64,000 nucleotides of DNA from Felis catus (taxonomy: Eukaryota), in assembly GCF_018350175.1 (NCBI RefSeq), contig NC_058368.1, positions 79,920,001 to 79,984,000 on the forward strand, written 5' to 3'. The position numbers and the translations under genes were made by a program. Each line of letters opens with the position of its first letter. Positions within the stretch are counted from its first letter, which is position 1. Positions 1 to 12,142 of this stretch are shown one piece after another. The notes beneath the pieces were generated by a model. The model worked only from the letters and a program-made list of their open reading frames with translations, was not told the origin of the DNA and made no database searches.

Positions 1-84
1 TCAGGGGAGACCACTCTGAATCACCGAGTGTGCGGAGATGCTCAGGTGGCCACAGGGGGCAGTGTCCACGCAGGACATGGTTAC

Positions 85-224
85 CTTGTCGCCAGGCCGG
101 CCCGGAATCCCAATGCCAGGGAGGCCTGCCTGCCCTTTCTCGCCCTTTGCGCCTTTCTCCCCAGGTAAGCCAGGGACGCCCTGCGGGCCGGGGATCCCAG
201 GCACGCCTTTTTCTCCGGGTGTTC
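85..224 (-). CDS. COL4A1: COL4A1 exon 37 (140 nt): [47 protein letters not shown]
   Basis: cag|GAACA...GACAAG|gtaacc; Gly-X-Y frame. Confidence 0.96.
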
Positions 225-1225
225 CTGTAAACACACACAATTAACACCTGAGTGGGTACTTGGCGGGTGCTAATATTAAACATGGAAAAGCGCCCTGACA
301 GCCACCAAGAACGAGGTGGAACATGTGTGCCTGCATTTATCGATCCCTTAGTCGCGCAGGCAGACGCCGTCACCCGCACATTAGTGCCATGTTAGGAAGT
401 GACTCTCCTGTCTCTTAGAGACCATCATTCTACAAAGACAGAGCAGACATACGGTAACTCCTTGGCATATTTACGTTGGCAGTAGTATGAAAAATGACTT
501 TTGTGTTCCTTATTCTACAATCAATTCCCGTTATCCAGAAGGATCAGACGGGTCGTGCGGTGGGCCAAGGAAAGCAGATGCATACCTGGTTTCGTGAGGT
601 ATGCTGGCAGCCAAACCTGTTTACAAGCAGGTGTAGACAGCAAGCTAGATGTTTCTACATGTCAAATGGAGCGATACCGTGCCTCGTGCGTAGGGAGGGG
701 GCCGGCTTCCTGCCTCGGCTCCCCTTTCCCTGTGGATTCGGAGCCGTGCTAGCCCAGACCCACCCGAGGCCGGAGCTCTCCACCTCTCTCCAGCCCCGTC
801 ACAGGAGTCGAGGCCAGGTCAGGATTGGGGCAGCAGAGCCCAGAGGACTCTTCTGGGCTGGTGCCAAAGGGCACTGGAGGCTGGCCTAGACGAGTGGGGA
901 GCCAGACCGCACCAGGGAGATGGTGGCCAGGTGGCCAGTCACTTGGAGGTGATCGAAAGGTGATGGTAGACAGCCCATGTTTTATTTGATTGAACTGTGA
1001 TTATTTTTTTTTTTTTTTAGTAATGGTCACAGTGTCAGCCAAGTGCCATTGATCCCGAGGCAGGGGACCATACAGGACTGAAGATGTGCACTTGGGTAAA
1101 AAGTGCACATGCCTGGACTATGCCCTCGGGGCGACGCATGCCATCCTGCAGACCTGTCCCCACCAGCGCGGGGACAGGACGTTCTGTTCTATAGAAAGAA
1201 GACCCCTTTTGTGAATCCAATGTAC

Positions 1226-1315
1226 CTGGCAGGCCCATTCCACCAACCGATCCTTTGGGTCCAGGGAGCCCTGGAGCCCCCGGGGTCCCGCCGATGCCGG
1301 GGTCACCTTTAGGTC
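1226..1315 (-). CDS. COL4A1: COL4A1 exon 36 (90 nt): [30 protein letters not shown]
   Basis: tag|GACCT...CCAG|gtacat. Confidence 0.96.
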
Positions 1316-1426
1316 CTAGGAGAACAGAGGGAAAAGCCCAACAGGTTAATGCCTATGAAAAGTGCTGGGTGACATTCCCTTAGCGTGAGCTCCTGGCACA
1401 TACTGGGCTTGAACTTCACTCCGTAC

Positions 1427-1525
1427 CTGGCTGCCCGGGATGCCCTGCCTGGCCGTCCTTTCCTGGCATTCCCGGGGTTCCAGGGTCTCCCCGGGATCCT
1501 TTATCACCAGTTGGTCCAATTTGTC
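1427..1525 (-). CDS. COL4A1: COL4A1 exon 35 (99 nt): [33 protein letters not shown]
   Basis: cag|GACAA...CCAG|gtacgg. Confidence 0.96.
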
Positions 1526-1666
1526 CTGCAGGTCACAGAAAAGAATCATGATGCCCACATCCGCCTAAAAGACAACCTTGCAGAAACACAGGCTGGTCTG
1601 ACGTTGCTGGTGCACCACTGAAGAGCTGGTCAGACAGGTGGACGTGCCTTCGCTTCGTCCGCTCAC

Positions 1667-1819
1667 CTTTTTCTCCTTGGTCTCCCTTCTGACCCTTCAT
1701 GCTGCCCATGTCCACCTTATCCATGGACCCAGGCTTGCCAGGGAGACCCACATCTCCTTTGTCGCCCTTGAAGCCGGGGTCTCCCCTGGGCCCCGAGGAG
1801 CCCGGGAAGCCGTGGTCCC
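1667..1819 (-). CDS. COL4A1: COL4A1 exon 34 (153 nt): GDHGFPGSSGPRGDPGFKGDKGDVGLPGKPGSMDKVDMGSMKGQKGDQGEK
   Basis: cag|GGGAC...AAAG|gtgagc; characteristic SMDKVDMGSMK interruption. Confidence 0.97.
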
Positions 1820-2608
1820 CTGCAAAGGGAAGAGAAGGCACCTGGTGAGATGCAGCGGTGATAAGGCCTGGCCTTGCTGCTGGCGGGCAGAGCCGCCGAT
1901 GAAGAAGGAAGGCAGCATCGCCAGGCAAGCGTCTGAGCTACTGGAATGATCTGGGCCCTGGGTAAATGAACGGTAAAGCCCAGTTTTTAGAATTCATTAT
2001 TTGCAAATAACTTAAACATGCATGTGACTCTGCTTATTATTAGTTTAAATAATTCACATCTCCCCTCTTTCCTAAGAAGCTTTATCTCACCTGTTCACAG
2101 TGCCTCTCAATTCTATACAAAATAAGAAAATGGGGAGTTTTCTTACTCTACTAAACAAAAGACTCTTTTTATGTCTCACAAAGTCCATTTCTTTAGAAAT
2201 ATATTTTGGGGCCAATTTCAAATAACCAGATAAGAAATAAAAATTAAGGCCTGTATATTTGCCCCTGTTGCTAACGTGATTCTAAGGACTCCATGCCAGT
2301 GACCTTGCATGACGGGAGATCCCACTGGCTCTAAAAAGAGCAAACACCTCAACCGTGCAGGTGAAGGAGCATCTGGAAACCGGTCTTCTCTCTGGTTGGG
2401 GCAGAGCACAGCCCCTGCCCCCACAGGCACGGGCATGGGCACAGGCACCGTGAGCTCCTACTGGAAGAGGGGTCTCCCCGACCCTTGCTTCACCTTCTTC
2501 TTTCCTCTGCCTCTTGGTACGAAATAGCACCTTCAACCCTTCCAGAGTTTCCAACAGACAGAGAGACACAGACACAAGATGGGCTCTTCTGGAGTGACCA
2601 GCCCCTAC

Positions 2609-2698
2609 CTTTTTCTCCGGGCAATCCTGGCACTCCCGCCGGGCCTGGCGAGCCAGGCTGCCCCGGGGTCCCCATGACACCCATCTCTCCCTTGGGAC
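2609..2698 (-). CDS. COL4A1: COL4A1 exon 33 (90 nt): [30 protein letters not shown]
   Basis: cag|GTCCC...AAAG|gtaggg. Confidence 0.96.
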
Positions 2699-2783
2699 CT
2701 GCGGCAGACGAGGGGCTGTGAATGCAGACTGCAGACGCAGGGAGTCGGGGACAGACAGGGGCAGGTGTTTACAAGCCGCTTAC

Positions 2784-2951
2784 CTGGAATGCCGGGAAGG
2801 CCAGGCGTGCCCTGCTGTCCGGGAAGACCGGGGAGCCCAGACTGCCCTGTCAGGCCGGGCAGCCCTGGGGACCCTTTGTCTCCTTTGGGGCCTGGCATGT
2901 CGAGGCCTGGAAATCCGGGGAAGCCCTTCTCTCCCTTCAGTCCAGGAGGGC
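2784..2951 (-). CDS. COL4A1: COL4A1 exon 32 (168 nt): [56 protein letters not shown]
   Basis: tag|GCCCT...CCAG|gtaagc. Confidence 0.97.
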
Positions 2952-3647
2952 CTACAGCGGGTAGAGAGCAGGAGCGGTGAGCAGGGGGCTCCGCGGTGCG
3001 CCCTTCTGTGTCCCGCCATCCCTTTCTGCAGGCGGCACGTGAGTGTGTGGTCCACCCTAGGGGGCTGGGAAACTCCCACCGTCTCGGGCAGCCGTGTCGG
3101 GAGCCACGGGGGAGCCACAGGGGAGCCGCGGGGGAGCCACACAAGCACTGTCCCAGACCGAGCCCTCCCTCCTGCCAAGCCCCCTTCCCCTCCCCGGGCC
3201 CTCCCCAGTGTCCACACCCAAGACCAGCTGCTTTTCAGCTGTGTTCCTGGCTACACTCGTGGGCCCCCAGCACCTTCTCCCTTCTGGGACTAGTTACTGA
3301 AGACCAGGGCGGCTCCAGGACCAGTTAGTATACGTCACCCACAACTACCAACCCCCCACGGAAAGGTAAGGTGGAGACACCAGTCATTCTGAATTAAAGG
3401 AAAATGTCACTGAATACACACGAAGTGGGGCTGGGTGGGGGGGTGCTCTCTGGCACGTAAACCAAGCTCAGGGAGAGGAAAAGAAAGATACCCACAAACT
3501 CTGGTTAAGGGGGCAATCAAACCAGCCTCCCCAAAACAGAATCCCCCTCCCCCTTTATTCACTAGGGGGCTCTAGTCCCCACTTCACTCAGGCTCCCGAG
3601 CCGGCCCCTTCCCCTTGGGGAGCGGGATGTGGGGAAGGGATAATCAC

Positions 3648-3761
3648 CTAAGGACCCTGGTGGTCCCTGTCCTCCAGGGGGGCCCATCGCTCCAGGTGGG
3701 CCTATCCCGGGAACTCCAGGGGCTCCCTTGGGACCTTGTAATCCAGGTGGTCCTGGGTCAC
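3648..3761 (-). CDS. COL4A1: COL4A1 exon 31 (114 nt): [38 protein letters not shown]
   Basis: cag|GTGAC...TTAG|gtgatt. Confidence 0.95.
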
Positions 3762-3974
3762 CTGGATGGGAAGAAATTGTAAATGAACCGCACAGAGACC
3801 ATACGACCCACCCCCACAATCAGCCACAACAACACAGGACCGTAAGCTCTAACCGTCTGCGATTTTCATCATTCTTTCAACAAACACAGAGAACCTAACA
3901 GGTGCTCCGTGGACACCAAACCAACAGGCCCAGCCTCCATCCACCACAGTCCACATTTGTCTGGAAGAAGTTAC

Positions 3975-4125
3975 CTCTGATTCCCTGGAGGCCTGGGGGG
4001 CCGATAACACCATGCTCTCCCGGAACGCCCGGTCCCCCGATGTTTCCCTTCTCCCCAGGTGTGCCAGGGATGCCGGGAAGACCAGGCAACCCTTTGAGTC
4101 CAGGCAGACCGATGCCAGGCTCTCC
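3975..4125 (-). CDS. COL4A1: COL4A1 exon 30 (151 nt): [50 protein letters not shown]
   Basis: cag|GGAGAG...AGAG|gtaact. Confidence 0.96.
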
Positions 4126-5244
4126 CTGGAAATTTCCGAAACACAGAGAAGCCGGTTCAGCAGGAGAGGCCGGGATTCTATCCGGCCAACGGCATAAGTG
4201 CAGACGGTCGGTAAGAAGCTGTCCAACCTCAAGCCTACGAAGCCTTCACACACCCGTCCCCTTTCCGATTTCAATACAAATCGGAGATGGTTCGTTTTTA
4301 TTACTGTTATTTTATGAAGGAAGAAAATCAAGGCTCCCCACGGCTGAACGCCTTCCAGGTCACAGAGGGAGGATTCCCACCCGGGTCCCCGGCCCTCTGC
4401 TCGCTTTGTGTCTGTGAGGAGTGGAGTCCAAGTGATGGACAAAATGCCCAATGTGCTTTGTGAGCGGCTAACAGACAGCTTCCTACGAGGTGGCAATGTT
4501 CCAGGATGGGACCAGGACACCATTTATTGAGATTTTTGTCTCAGTGAAGGCTTTCACCTCAAATTAAACACGGAAAGGATGTCATGAATCTAAGGGCTTT
4601 GATAAATGCAGATGATTTGACGACGAAGGAAGTACTCTGAAGGCCCGAGGAACACTACGTCACCGGGCCCCCCTGTTGTCCACCGTGGCCACAACCTCCA
4701 GAGGAAGTGGCCACTGGAGGTTCTTCCACGCGTCCCAGCAGCAAATTCACAAAACAGAAGGAAGTGAATCCAAGGGACTTTTGAAAAAGCACAATACTTT
4801 AAATCATGAGCCAAATCCTTATCCCAATTCCATTTGCATTTACTAACTCATGAGCCTCATGTGTGCGAAGCGACCCGCATGGCACCACCACGGACTAGTG
4901 TTTCACGAGTGCATCTAGTGCAGTTTATGAGGGGAAGCCGCATCAGCCACACAGATGGAGTGGGACACCGTGAGATCAGGTGTGTTTGAAGAGAGCGCTC
5001 CCCTGGGGTCACTGAGACACAGCTGCCTCCGTCGCCCGGTCCCCCACGGCCTCTGCCTGCCTGTGCACCCCTACCCAATCCCCACGGCCTCTGCCCACCC
5101 TCCTAACAGAAAAGGAACAGGCCAGGCCAGCTCTTTTGTTGGCAAGGTGAAATTGGTCAGCTATGCTCAATGAGCAGAATTTCAAGTATTAGCAAGTGGC
5201 AGAGGGATGTCTGAGGCCAGGAGAGTCCTTAAGTCCCTCGAGCC

Positions 5245-5458
5245 CAGGGGTCCCCAACCGGGGCCATGTTTCCCCCAGTGACATCTGATAATGTCCAGAG
5301 AGACAGTTCTGGTTGTCACAACTGGGGGCAGATGTGGGATGCTCCTTCAGTATCTGTGGGCAGCGGCCAAGGGGGAGGTGGCTAAAGAGCCCACGAGGTC
5401 CAGGGCAGCCCCCGCCATGAAGAATTACTGGACCAGAATATCAGTAAAGCTAGACCCT
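5245..5458 (+). mobile_element. MER20-like hAT-Charlie DNA transposon relic
   Basis: Resembles the MER20 consensus as recalled (cagNggNtcNcaaccgggg...ggttgtcacaactggggg...aagaatta); diverged, boundaries approximate. Confidence 0.7.
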
Positions 5459-5719
5459 CCTGGGTTGCCATCACGCCTTTCAGGACAGTGGCCTTCATGC
5501 GGCTTTGTCCTGTCGCTCACAATAAGACCCGCACTGTACGCTGAGATACAGTTCACACTCAGGCAAGAGCACACTCACAGAGCCGAAACGTACGGTTCTC
5601 CCCCAAACATCAACCGCCACACACAGTGTGCTTATTTTGTATTCCGCGCGCCACATTTTATGTGTCTGATGAACAGCAAGGACGGGGAAAGAGCAATCCG
5701 GGGAACGCTCAGTACCCAC

Positions 5720-5817
5720 CTTTTGGCCGGGCACACCTGGGTTGCCAGGCAAGCCATTAAATCCTGGGCGGCCTGGGCTCCCGGGAGGTCCCACGTCTCC
5801 AGGCAGGCCATCAACAC
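5720..5817 (-). CDS. COL4A1: COL4A1 exon 29 (98 nt): GVDGLPGDVGPPGSPGRPGFNGLPGNPGVPGQK
   Basis: cag|GTGTT...CAAAAG|gtgggt. Confidence 0.96.
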
Positions 5818-6720
5818 CTGTTTTGAAGAGTCAACACTACTGTCATAATGCTGGTCCCCACTTTCTTCACTGCCCTGACACTCGCTCAGATGCCCCTGAA
5901 CTGGCTGGACTGGCCAATGAGGAGCCCTTCCGAGGAGCTTCTAAGAGGAGCCTGAGGCCACCCCAGCCACGGGGTGGGGCACCAGTCTGTACCAGCCAGA
6001 GTGGCTTGGGCGCCATGGACCGCAGGTCCGTGCCTGCCGCCTCTCCCCCACCCTCCCCTCCTCCTTTCCTCGCTAACCTCGGTTTCTCCGCCTGCCCCAC
6101 CCCCCAAGGGCACAAGCAGCCTAGGGTGGCATCTTGCTTCGCTGTCCCCAGCGCAGCCAAGGTAGGGGCCGCCTTGCGGGAGAGGCCCACCCACACCTCC
6201 CAGAGCAGACGCGTGTTTCCGCGGGACTTCTGATTCCAGGACATGGTCCAGTTTGAGCAGCCTCGCTGGGGACCACTGCTTCTCAAGCCACTGGAGGCCA
6301 CACCACCGGAGGTGCGTGGGGCATCAGAGGCTGTCTGGGTCCCAACCCTAGAGGGTCTGGTGGGCTAAGGGCTACCCCGGGGCTCTACTGTGCACAAAGT
6401 CTATCCCGAGGGATGCGGAGGGTCCCGACTCTGGGGGATTTGTAAGTGTGCGGAAGCAGGTGCTGTGGGGCGGTTGTAACCGGGGAGCTGGACACACGGT
6501 GCACCTAACTGCCCACCGGCATCCGCATCTCTGAACCACTTTGTGCGAGTGGGCAGAGAGCCTCCGATTGGGAGACCTTACTGCTAAATTCTGCCTGTCA
6601 TGATGGTGAGATGGGGCTCACTGGGAACAGGGTTCATGGACAGGCGGAAGGTCGAGGTATTGTCCCTGTGACCTTGAGGGTGGCTGAGAGCCTCTGGCCT
6701 TCAAGCCTGACACAGGTCGC

Positions 6721-7347
6721 TGTGTGTGTGTGCGTGTGCAAATGTGAGTATGTGTGCGTGCATGTATACGTGTGTGCACGTGTGCGTGCGAGTGTGTGTA
6801 TACATGTGGGTGGGTGTGCATGTATGTGCACATGTGAGTGCATGTGCACATGCATGTGTGCATGTTTGTGTGCGTGTGTATATGTGTGGGCATGTGTGCG
6901 TGTGTGCATGCATGCATATGCGAGTGTGTGTATACGTGTGGGTGGGTGTGCATGTGCACATGTGAGTGTGCATGCGTGTGTATACATGTGGGCACGCGTG
7001 CACATGCATACGTGTGTACGTGCATGAGAGTGTGTGTTCATGTGTGTGCACATGTGAGTGTGTGTACATGTGCACGTGTATGTGTACGTGTTTGTGTGCA
7101 TGTGTATATATGTGGGCACGTGCGCGTGTGTGCGTGCATGCACATGCGAGTGTGTGTATATGTGTGGGTGCGTGTGCACATGTGTGCATGTGCGTGTGTA
7201 TGTGTGGGCACATGTGCGCATGCATGTGTGTACATGCACATGAGAGTGTGTGTTCGTGTGTGCACATGAGTGTGTGCGTGTGTGTATACATGTGGGCACG
7301 CGTGCGCATGTATGTGTGTGCACATGTGCATGCGTGTGCGTGTGTGA
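6721..7347 (+). repeat. ~630-bp degenerate alternating purine/pyrimidine (TG/CA/TGCA) array, intron 28
   Basis: tgtgtgcatgtgcacatg-type units with internal higher-order duplications. Confidence 0.95.
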
Positions 7348-8127
7348 CATAGCTCCCAGACGAGTGTGAAGGCCTGTAACCCTGACAGCGGGTGTGATGC
7401 ACGCAGAGCCTCTGGACAAGAAGCTGGGGGCCTGGAGAGCTCTTTCCATGAGGTTCTGCACACATGGCCAGTAAAACAGGGGACAGAATGCCGGCCCAAA
7501 TGGGAAAGAGGTGCCCCTCACTGCTCACAGCGCCTGCTCGGTCCACACCAAGATGTACGATGGCAGGTGCCCCCACCAGGGCCTGCCTGCAGGGTTGACA
7601 CACCCACGACCTTGTCCTCACCGCCTCCCAGATTTCAGAAAGAAATGCTGCTTCTGAAATGCCAGCCCCGTGGGGATCTAGGCTCCGTGCTGTGGGGGCC
7701 TCCTCCCATTCCCCAGCACACTTCCCGGAGACCCAAACCCAGCCCGGCACAGTGCCGTTGCTCCGTGTACCTCTTGCACTGATGAGGAGAGCACCCCCAA
7801 CACCCCAAAGAGCTTCTGTCAATTCCCCGGGCATCGGTTGGGCCCCTAAGGTCCCAGCCCCTCCTGACCAACACCCGCGGCAGGGAGGCACCACGTCACC
7901 CAGCGCCCTGGTGGGTGCATTCACCGTCCTCCAGACTTTGGCAATCTTTCCTTAATGGCACGTCGCTACCTCAAGTAGAGTGTTTGTATCCCTCACCTCT
8001 TTCTCTCCTAAAATTTACATGCAAACCAACAGAAAGACCACAGCCCTCGGTGCCAACAGCTGGGCCTGTGTGGGCCATGAGTAGAGCTATGGGCCCACTC
8101 CAGGTGGGGCTTGTCCTCCGGGTTTAC

Positions 8128-8232
8128 CTTTGGGGCCAGGAGGCCCTGGAAATCCGATTCCGGGCTGGCCAACAGCACCCTTCTCTCCCGGGAGGCCTGG
8201 CCTTCCCGGCGTTCCAGGAAAACCTCGGTCGC
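8128..8232 (-). CDS. COL4A1: COL4A1 exon 28 (105 nt): [35 protein letters not shown]
   Basis: cag|GCGAC...AAAG|gtaaac. Confidence 0.96.
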
Positions 8233-8320
8233 CTGTTGTGAGCAAAACCAACCATCAGGGTGAGAAAAACGTGTCAATGTCCCAACTGTATCTCCAGACA
8301 AACTAGGACACTAAATGTAC

Positions 8321-8413
8321 CTTGGGGTCCTTGGAAACCCGGGGACCCCGGAAGCCCTTGTGCTCCGGGGGGACCAGGTAGGGGCACAACTTGTCCAGCT
8401 TCACCCTTGGGAC
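8321..8413 (-). CDS. COL4A1: COL4A1 exon 27 (93 nt): GPKGEAGQVVPLPGPPGAQGLPGSPGFQGPQ
   Basis: cag|GTCCC...CAAG|gtacat. Confidence 0.96.
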
Positions 8414-8436
8414 CTGAGGAAAGAGCACAGACACTG

Positions 8437-8768
8437 AGTGACAGCCACCATCCTGTCTTGAGTGAGGACTCTGGGTGACAGCCCGCATCCCGTCCCGAGC
8501 AAGGACAGTGAGAGCCTGCATCCTGTCCTGAGGGAGGACACAGTGACAGCCCACATCCCGTCCTGAGCAAGGACAGCGAGAGCCCGCATCCCATCCTGAG
8601 CGAGGACAGTGACAGCCCGCATCCCATCCTGAGCTAGGACAGTGACAGCCCGCATCCCATCCTGAGCGAGGACACAGCGAGAACCCTCATCCCGTCCTGA
8701 GCGAGGACAGTGACAGTCTACATCCCGTCCTGAGTGAGGACAGTGAGAGCCCGCATCTTGTCCTGAGC
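8437..8768 (+). repeat. 33-bp minisatellite (~10 units, some 35 bp), consensus GAGGACAGTGACAGCCCGCATCCCATCCTGAGC
   Basis: Unit starts at 8602, 8635 and 8668 (33-bp period); lies directly beside the exon 27 acceptor. Confidence 0.93.
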
Positions 8769-10074
8769 ACACTTTGTACCTACAGAGAAGCCCCATGTGG
8801 ATCCCTCCACTTCCTCTCTCTACTTTTCTAGAATCTTTCACAGCGAGCTCTTCCTGTTTTCCCCCAAATTTACATCCAGAAGAACCTAGATACCTGACAC
8901 ATGAATTCTCTAAGAGTCCAAAGTAAGGGTCACAAAACTAGGAAACGAGGTGAGATGACCATGGGTAATTTGTTAATTAGCCTGACTCAAAGCCAAAACA
9001 CTTCACTGTTCAATTTATCAGACAAAACCAATTCTAAGCTGCTTTGAAGCTGACCTCAGTTCTGCTCGTCTAGTGGTAAACGACCTCCAGGACATGCTAA
9101 CTGGGCGATCCGGCATGATCTGGAACACTGCAGCCAGGCAGCTGTGAGCTGTGTGAGTGGTACAGGCACTGGTGCCTCAGAGATCCACTGGGGGTCAGGG
9201 CTCAGCTGCTTGGAAAGCACCACGGGGTCACCTCCAAGGACACCACGTGGACTCCTCACACACCCTATCGGAATTTAAGACATACAGGGCCTCCCAGGCA
9301 CAGCCACCACATTCTTTAGCTAAAGGCTCTGGGAAATGCCAGCCGACTGACTCCAACACATATCTGCCATCAGTCCCACCCTGGGAATAAGCCTTTAATG
9401 TCACCAGAGTAAACAGGGCTCTGGCAGATCAAAGAAGTCTGGGTTTCAACCCCAAAGCTGACCGGGTCTGGATGGAACCCTGCAGAATGTGGACAGCTGA
9501 CCAACAGCGCCATCAACACCTCCTTCAGGAACCTTCCTTCCCTCACTGCCGGGATGCGTCTGTGGCTGCCCCAGATGGTTTCTCTGATGCTAGTTTCTGG
9601 CCACGAAGAGTGTCTGATTCCCTTTTACAACTCTGCAAGTTTCCAGACCCCGCAAGCTCAAAGAGCACTTGAGATGCTGACCGCGGAGTCAGGGGCTATG
9701 GCTACAGGGAAATGGATCAGACGTCCCTTTACCACGATTGGGGGGTCTTCCCAGGTCAAAATCTCTCTGCCCCCAAAGGAGTCACAAAAGAAACATTTCT
9801 GGGATGCTTGCTACACAAAGAACAACTATCAAGGGAACCGTAGCCCGCTGCTAGGTACCCCACCACCACACGAGAATGACGGTAAGATACACGTTAGGCC
9901 ACTTGCACTTCCAGCAAAGACAGGCTGACGTTTCCATGCTGGAGACCTTGTGCATCTTAATGCTATGACTTCAGGAAGTAATAGCTCCCGATGGGATAGG
10001 AACTGAGAGAACTTGGGCCAAATATATGGCTTGTGACAGAATCGGCAGATTGGTGAGTGCGAGGGCCACACGGT

Positions 10075-10455
10075 CATCCGCCCATGTCAGTGGCTTCACT
10101 TTGTGTGTCTCAGCTGCCTGCAGTCAACCGGGGCCCGGGAGCAGATGACGCAGCACAGAAGGTCTGCGCACACGCCTGCATCACTCACCCCTCGCCACGG
10201 GCATTTTGTCCTGTCCCATCGTCACAAGATGAGGGGTTGAGTACAGGACAAGGAGGTACATTGAAGGAGAAACACATTCACACAATGTTTAGAACGCTGT
10301 ATGTTTCTAACTGTTCTATTTCACTAGGAGGTACCATTGGTGATCTCTTACTGGTCCTGAGTTACAGGTGAAACTGGGCCACACGTCTGTGTGTACAGGA
10401 GAAACACAGCATACGTGGGGTTTCAGGCGTCCACGGGGGTCCTGGGGAGGGGGCG
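10075..10455 (+). mobile_element. MER44/Tigger-like (TcMar) DNA transposon relic
   Basis: Motifs cagtcaaccgggcccgggagcagatga, gagtacagNacaa, cacattcac, ggtttcaggcNtccacNggggt resemble the MER44 consensus as recalled; highly diverged. Confidence 0.55.
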
Positions 10456-11210
10456 CCCATTGTGAAATCTCTCCTGCCTAGTTCTTGTTTTGGTCCATTC
10501 GACTATCCAGTAACTACATTGTTCAAGGTTGACTAGTCACACAATTTGAACCATCTGAAGTCCTTTTGTTCATCTTTACAACTTTTGTGATGTTTCTTAG
10601 TCACACCCTCCTCCTTCTCTCCCCTGTGCCCAAGCCATCCCTGGCCTCTCCTCTTCTTAGTCCAGGATTTTCTAGGGAATGACGGGAGTATGCCGTCTCT
10701 ATGCTCAATCACGTTCTACTAGGCACTCTCGGGAGCCCGGGGTGTGCAAGGCCTGAGCCACCCCTTCTCCCCATTCGTCCCTGTGGATACGTGGGGCGTG
10801 AGGATGGGGGGAGAACGCCCGTGGGAAACCCTCACATCGGCCTCACTCCGTGCATGCTGCCAAGCCCCGGACACCGAGCTCCAGGAGGGCAGGGTCACGC
10901 CTGTCCATCTACCACACTCTCTCCGCTCAGCGCAGCGCTCACACAGAAAATACGTAGGGAAGCAGGCTCACGTTGACATCACTTCCACACAAAAGGCCAA
11001 CTTCAACTGGGAGGCACCATGTACTTATTGTAGGAAAAATAACCCGCGAAGTCAAATTCTTTACAGTCAGATTCTGCACGTCACCCAGCCTGGCCCATCT
11101 TCTACGTGACGGTACGGCCACGTGACGGAAGGGCCCGGGCTACGTCCACCTCCTGGAAGAACCGACACCCAACTCCCGAGCCCCGTGCTCTGTGTGACCT
11201 CGGGCCTCAC

Positions 11211-11379
11211 CTGGCTGGCCTGGGGGTCCAGGGTTCCCTGGAAAACCCACTTGTCCTTTGTCACCAACGGGGCCGATGGGGCCAAACCCTGGAGGCCCAG
11301 GAGGGCCGATGTCGCCACGACTGCCAGGGAATCCAACTCCTCCAGGGGGGCCACGCTCTCCTTTCAACCCTACTGAACC
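11211..11379 (-). CDS. COL4A1: COL4A1 exon 26 (169 nt): [56 protein letters not shown]
   Basis: cag|GGTTCA...CCAG|gtgagg. Confidence 0.97.
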
Positions 11380-11950
11380 CTGACCGGCAGAGAGAAAAAG
11401 ACACGCTATCAGCAGACATCCCGATACATGTTCATGTCACATTTTCCACCGTCTTTGGTAAATAAGTACCAGGGGTTAGCTGGCTCCTGCTATTTATTTA
11501 CTCCCAACCTCCGACAAGGGTCATCTGGCAGTTAATAAATGACCCTGGCTTTCTTGTCCAGGTTGGGCACTCACCCTCCCGCCCCACGCAAGGATACATT
11601 TCAAAGACTGAAGTATTTGTATCTGGAACTGACCTTTCAAGGATGTCTCGCACCCCGCTAACTTGAAACGCCACCTCCCACCTGACACCCGGAATCCGAC
11701 ACACAGACGTCTCTCTGGCGGCCTGAAACACGTCAGGAGACGCCTATGCATGGTCACCCCTCTGCCCCAGCCAACAGCATCAACGCCGACGTTCACACCC
11801 ATCAGTTTCTGCATGAACCGCTGAATTAGTTCATGGGTAACAACGACCCATCCAAACAAAAATACGTAGACATGATTCAAATAACTCATTCCTGCATTCT
11901 CTGCAGACCTGCTTCTAACGTGCGTTTCCCAAGGCTGGAGATGAACATAC

Positions 11951-12142
11951 CGGGGAGCCTTTGGGGCCGGGCAGACCCGGGTGGCCGTCTCTCCCCGGAG
12001 TGCCTGCTCTGCCCGGCATCCCGGGCTGGCCTGGGAAGCCCGGGTCCCCTTTGTCTCCTTTGAGCCGTGCGTCGAAGTAAATCTCGCCAGGCTCTCCCTT
12101 GGCTCCGGGCTGGCCCATCAGCCCTGGCACACCTTGCGGTCC
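11951..12142 (-). CDS. COL4A1: COL4A1 exon 25 (192 nt): [64 protein letters not shown]
   Basis: cag|GGACCG...TCCCCG|gtatgt; EIYFDARLK interruption. Confidence 0.97.

Noticed and set aside
38..4417. Plus-strand Pro/Gly-rich ORFs (e.g. 38-244, 2765-2980, 3902-4417) resembling an antisense collagen
   Set aside because: They are the reverse complement of COL4A1 exons (GGN<->NCC symmetry) and stop resembling collagen at exon boundaries.
6265..6460. Possible MER5-type element
   Set aside because: Similarity too weak to assign by eye.
6611..7924. ORFs of up to 407 aa rich in H/T or C/V (also at 23296-24122 and 54778-55656)
   Set aside because: Translations of TG/CA low-complexity arrays.
8437..8768. 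33-bp periodic array considered as a CRISPR-like structure
   Set aside because: Contiguous tandem units with no unique spacers, in a mammalian intron; it is a minisatellite.
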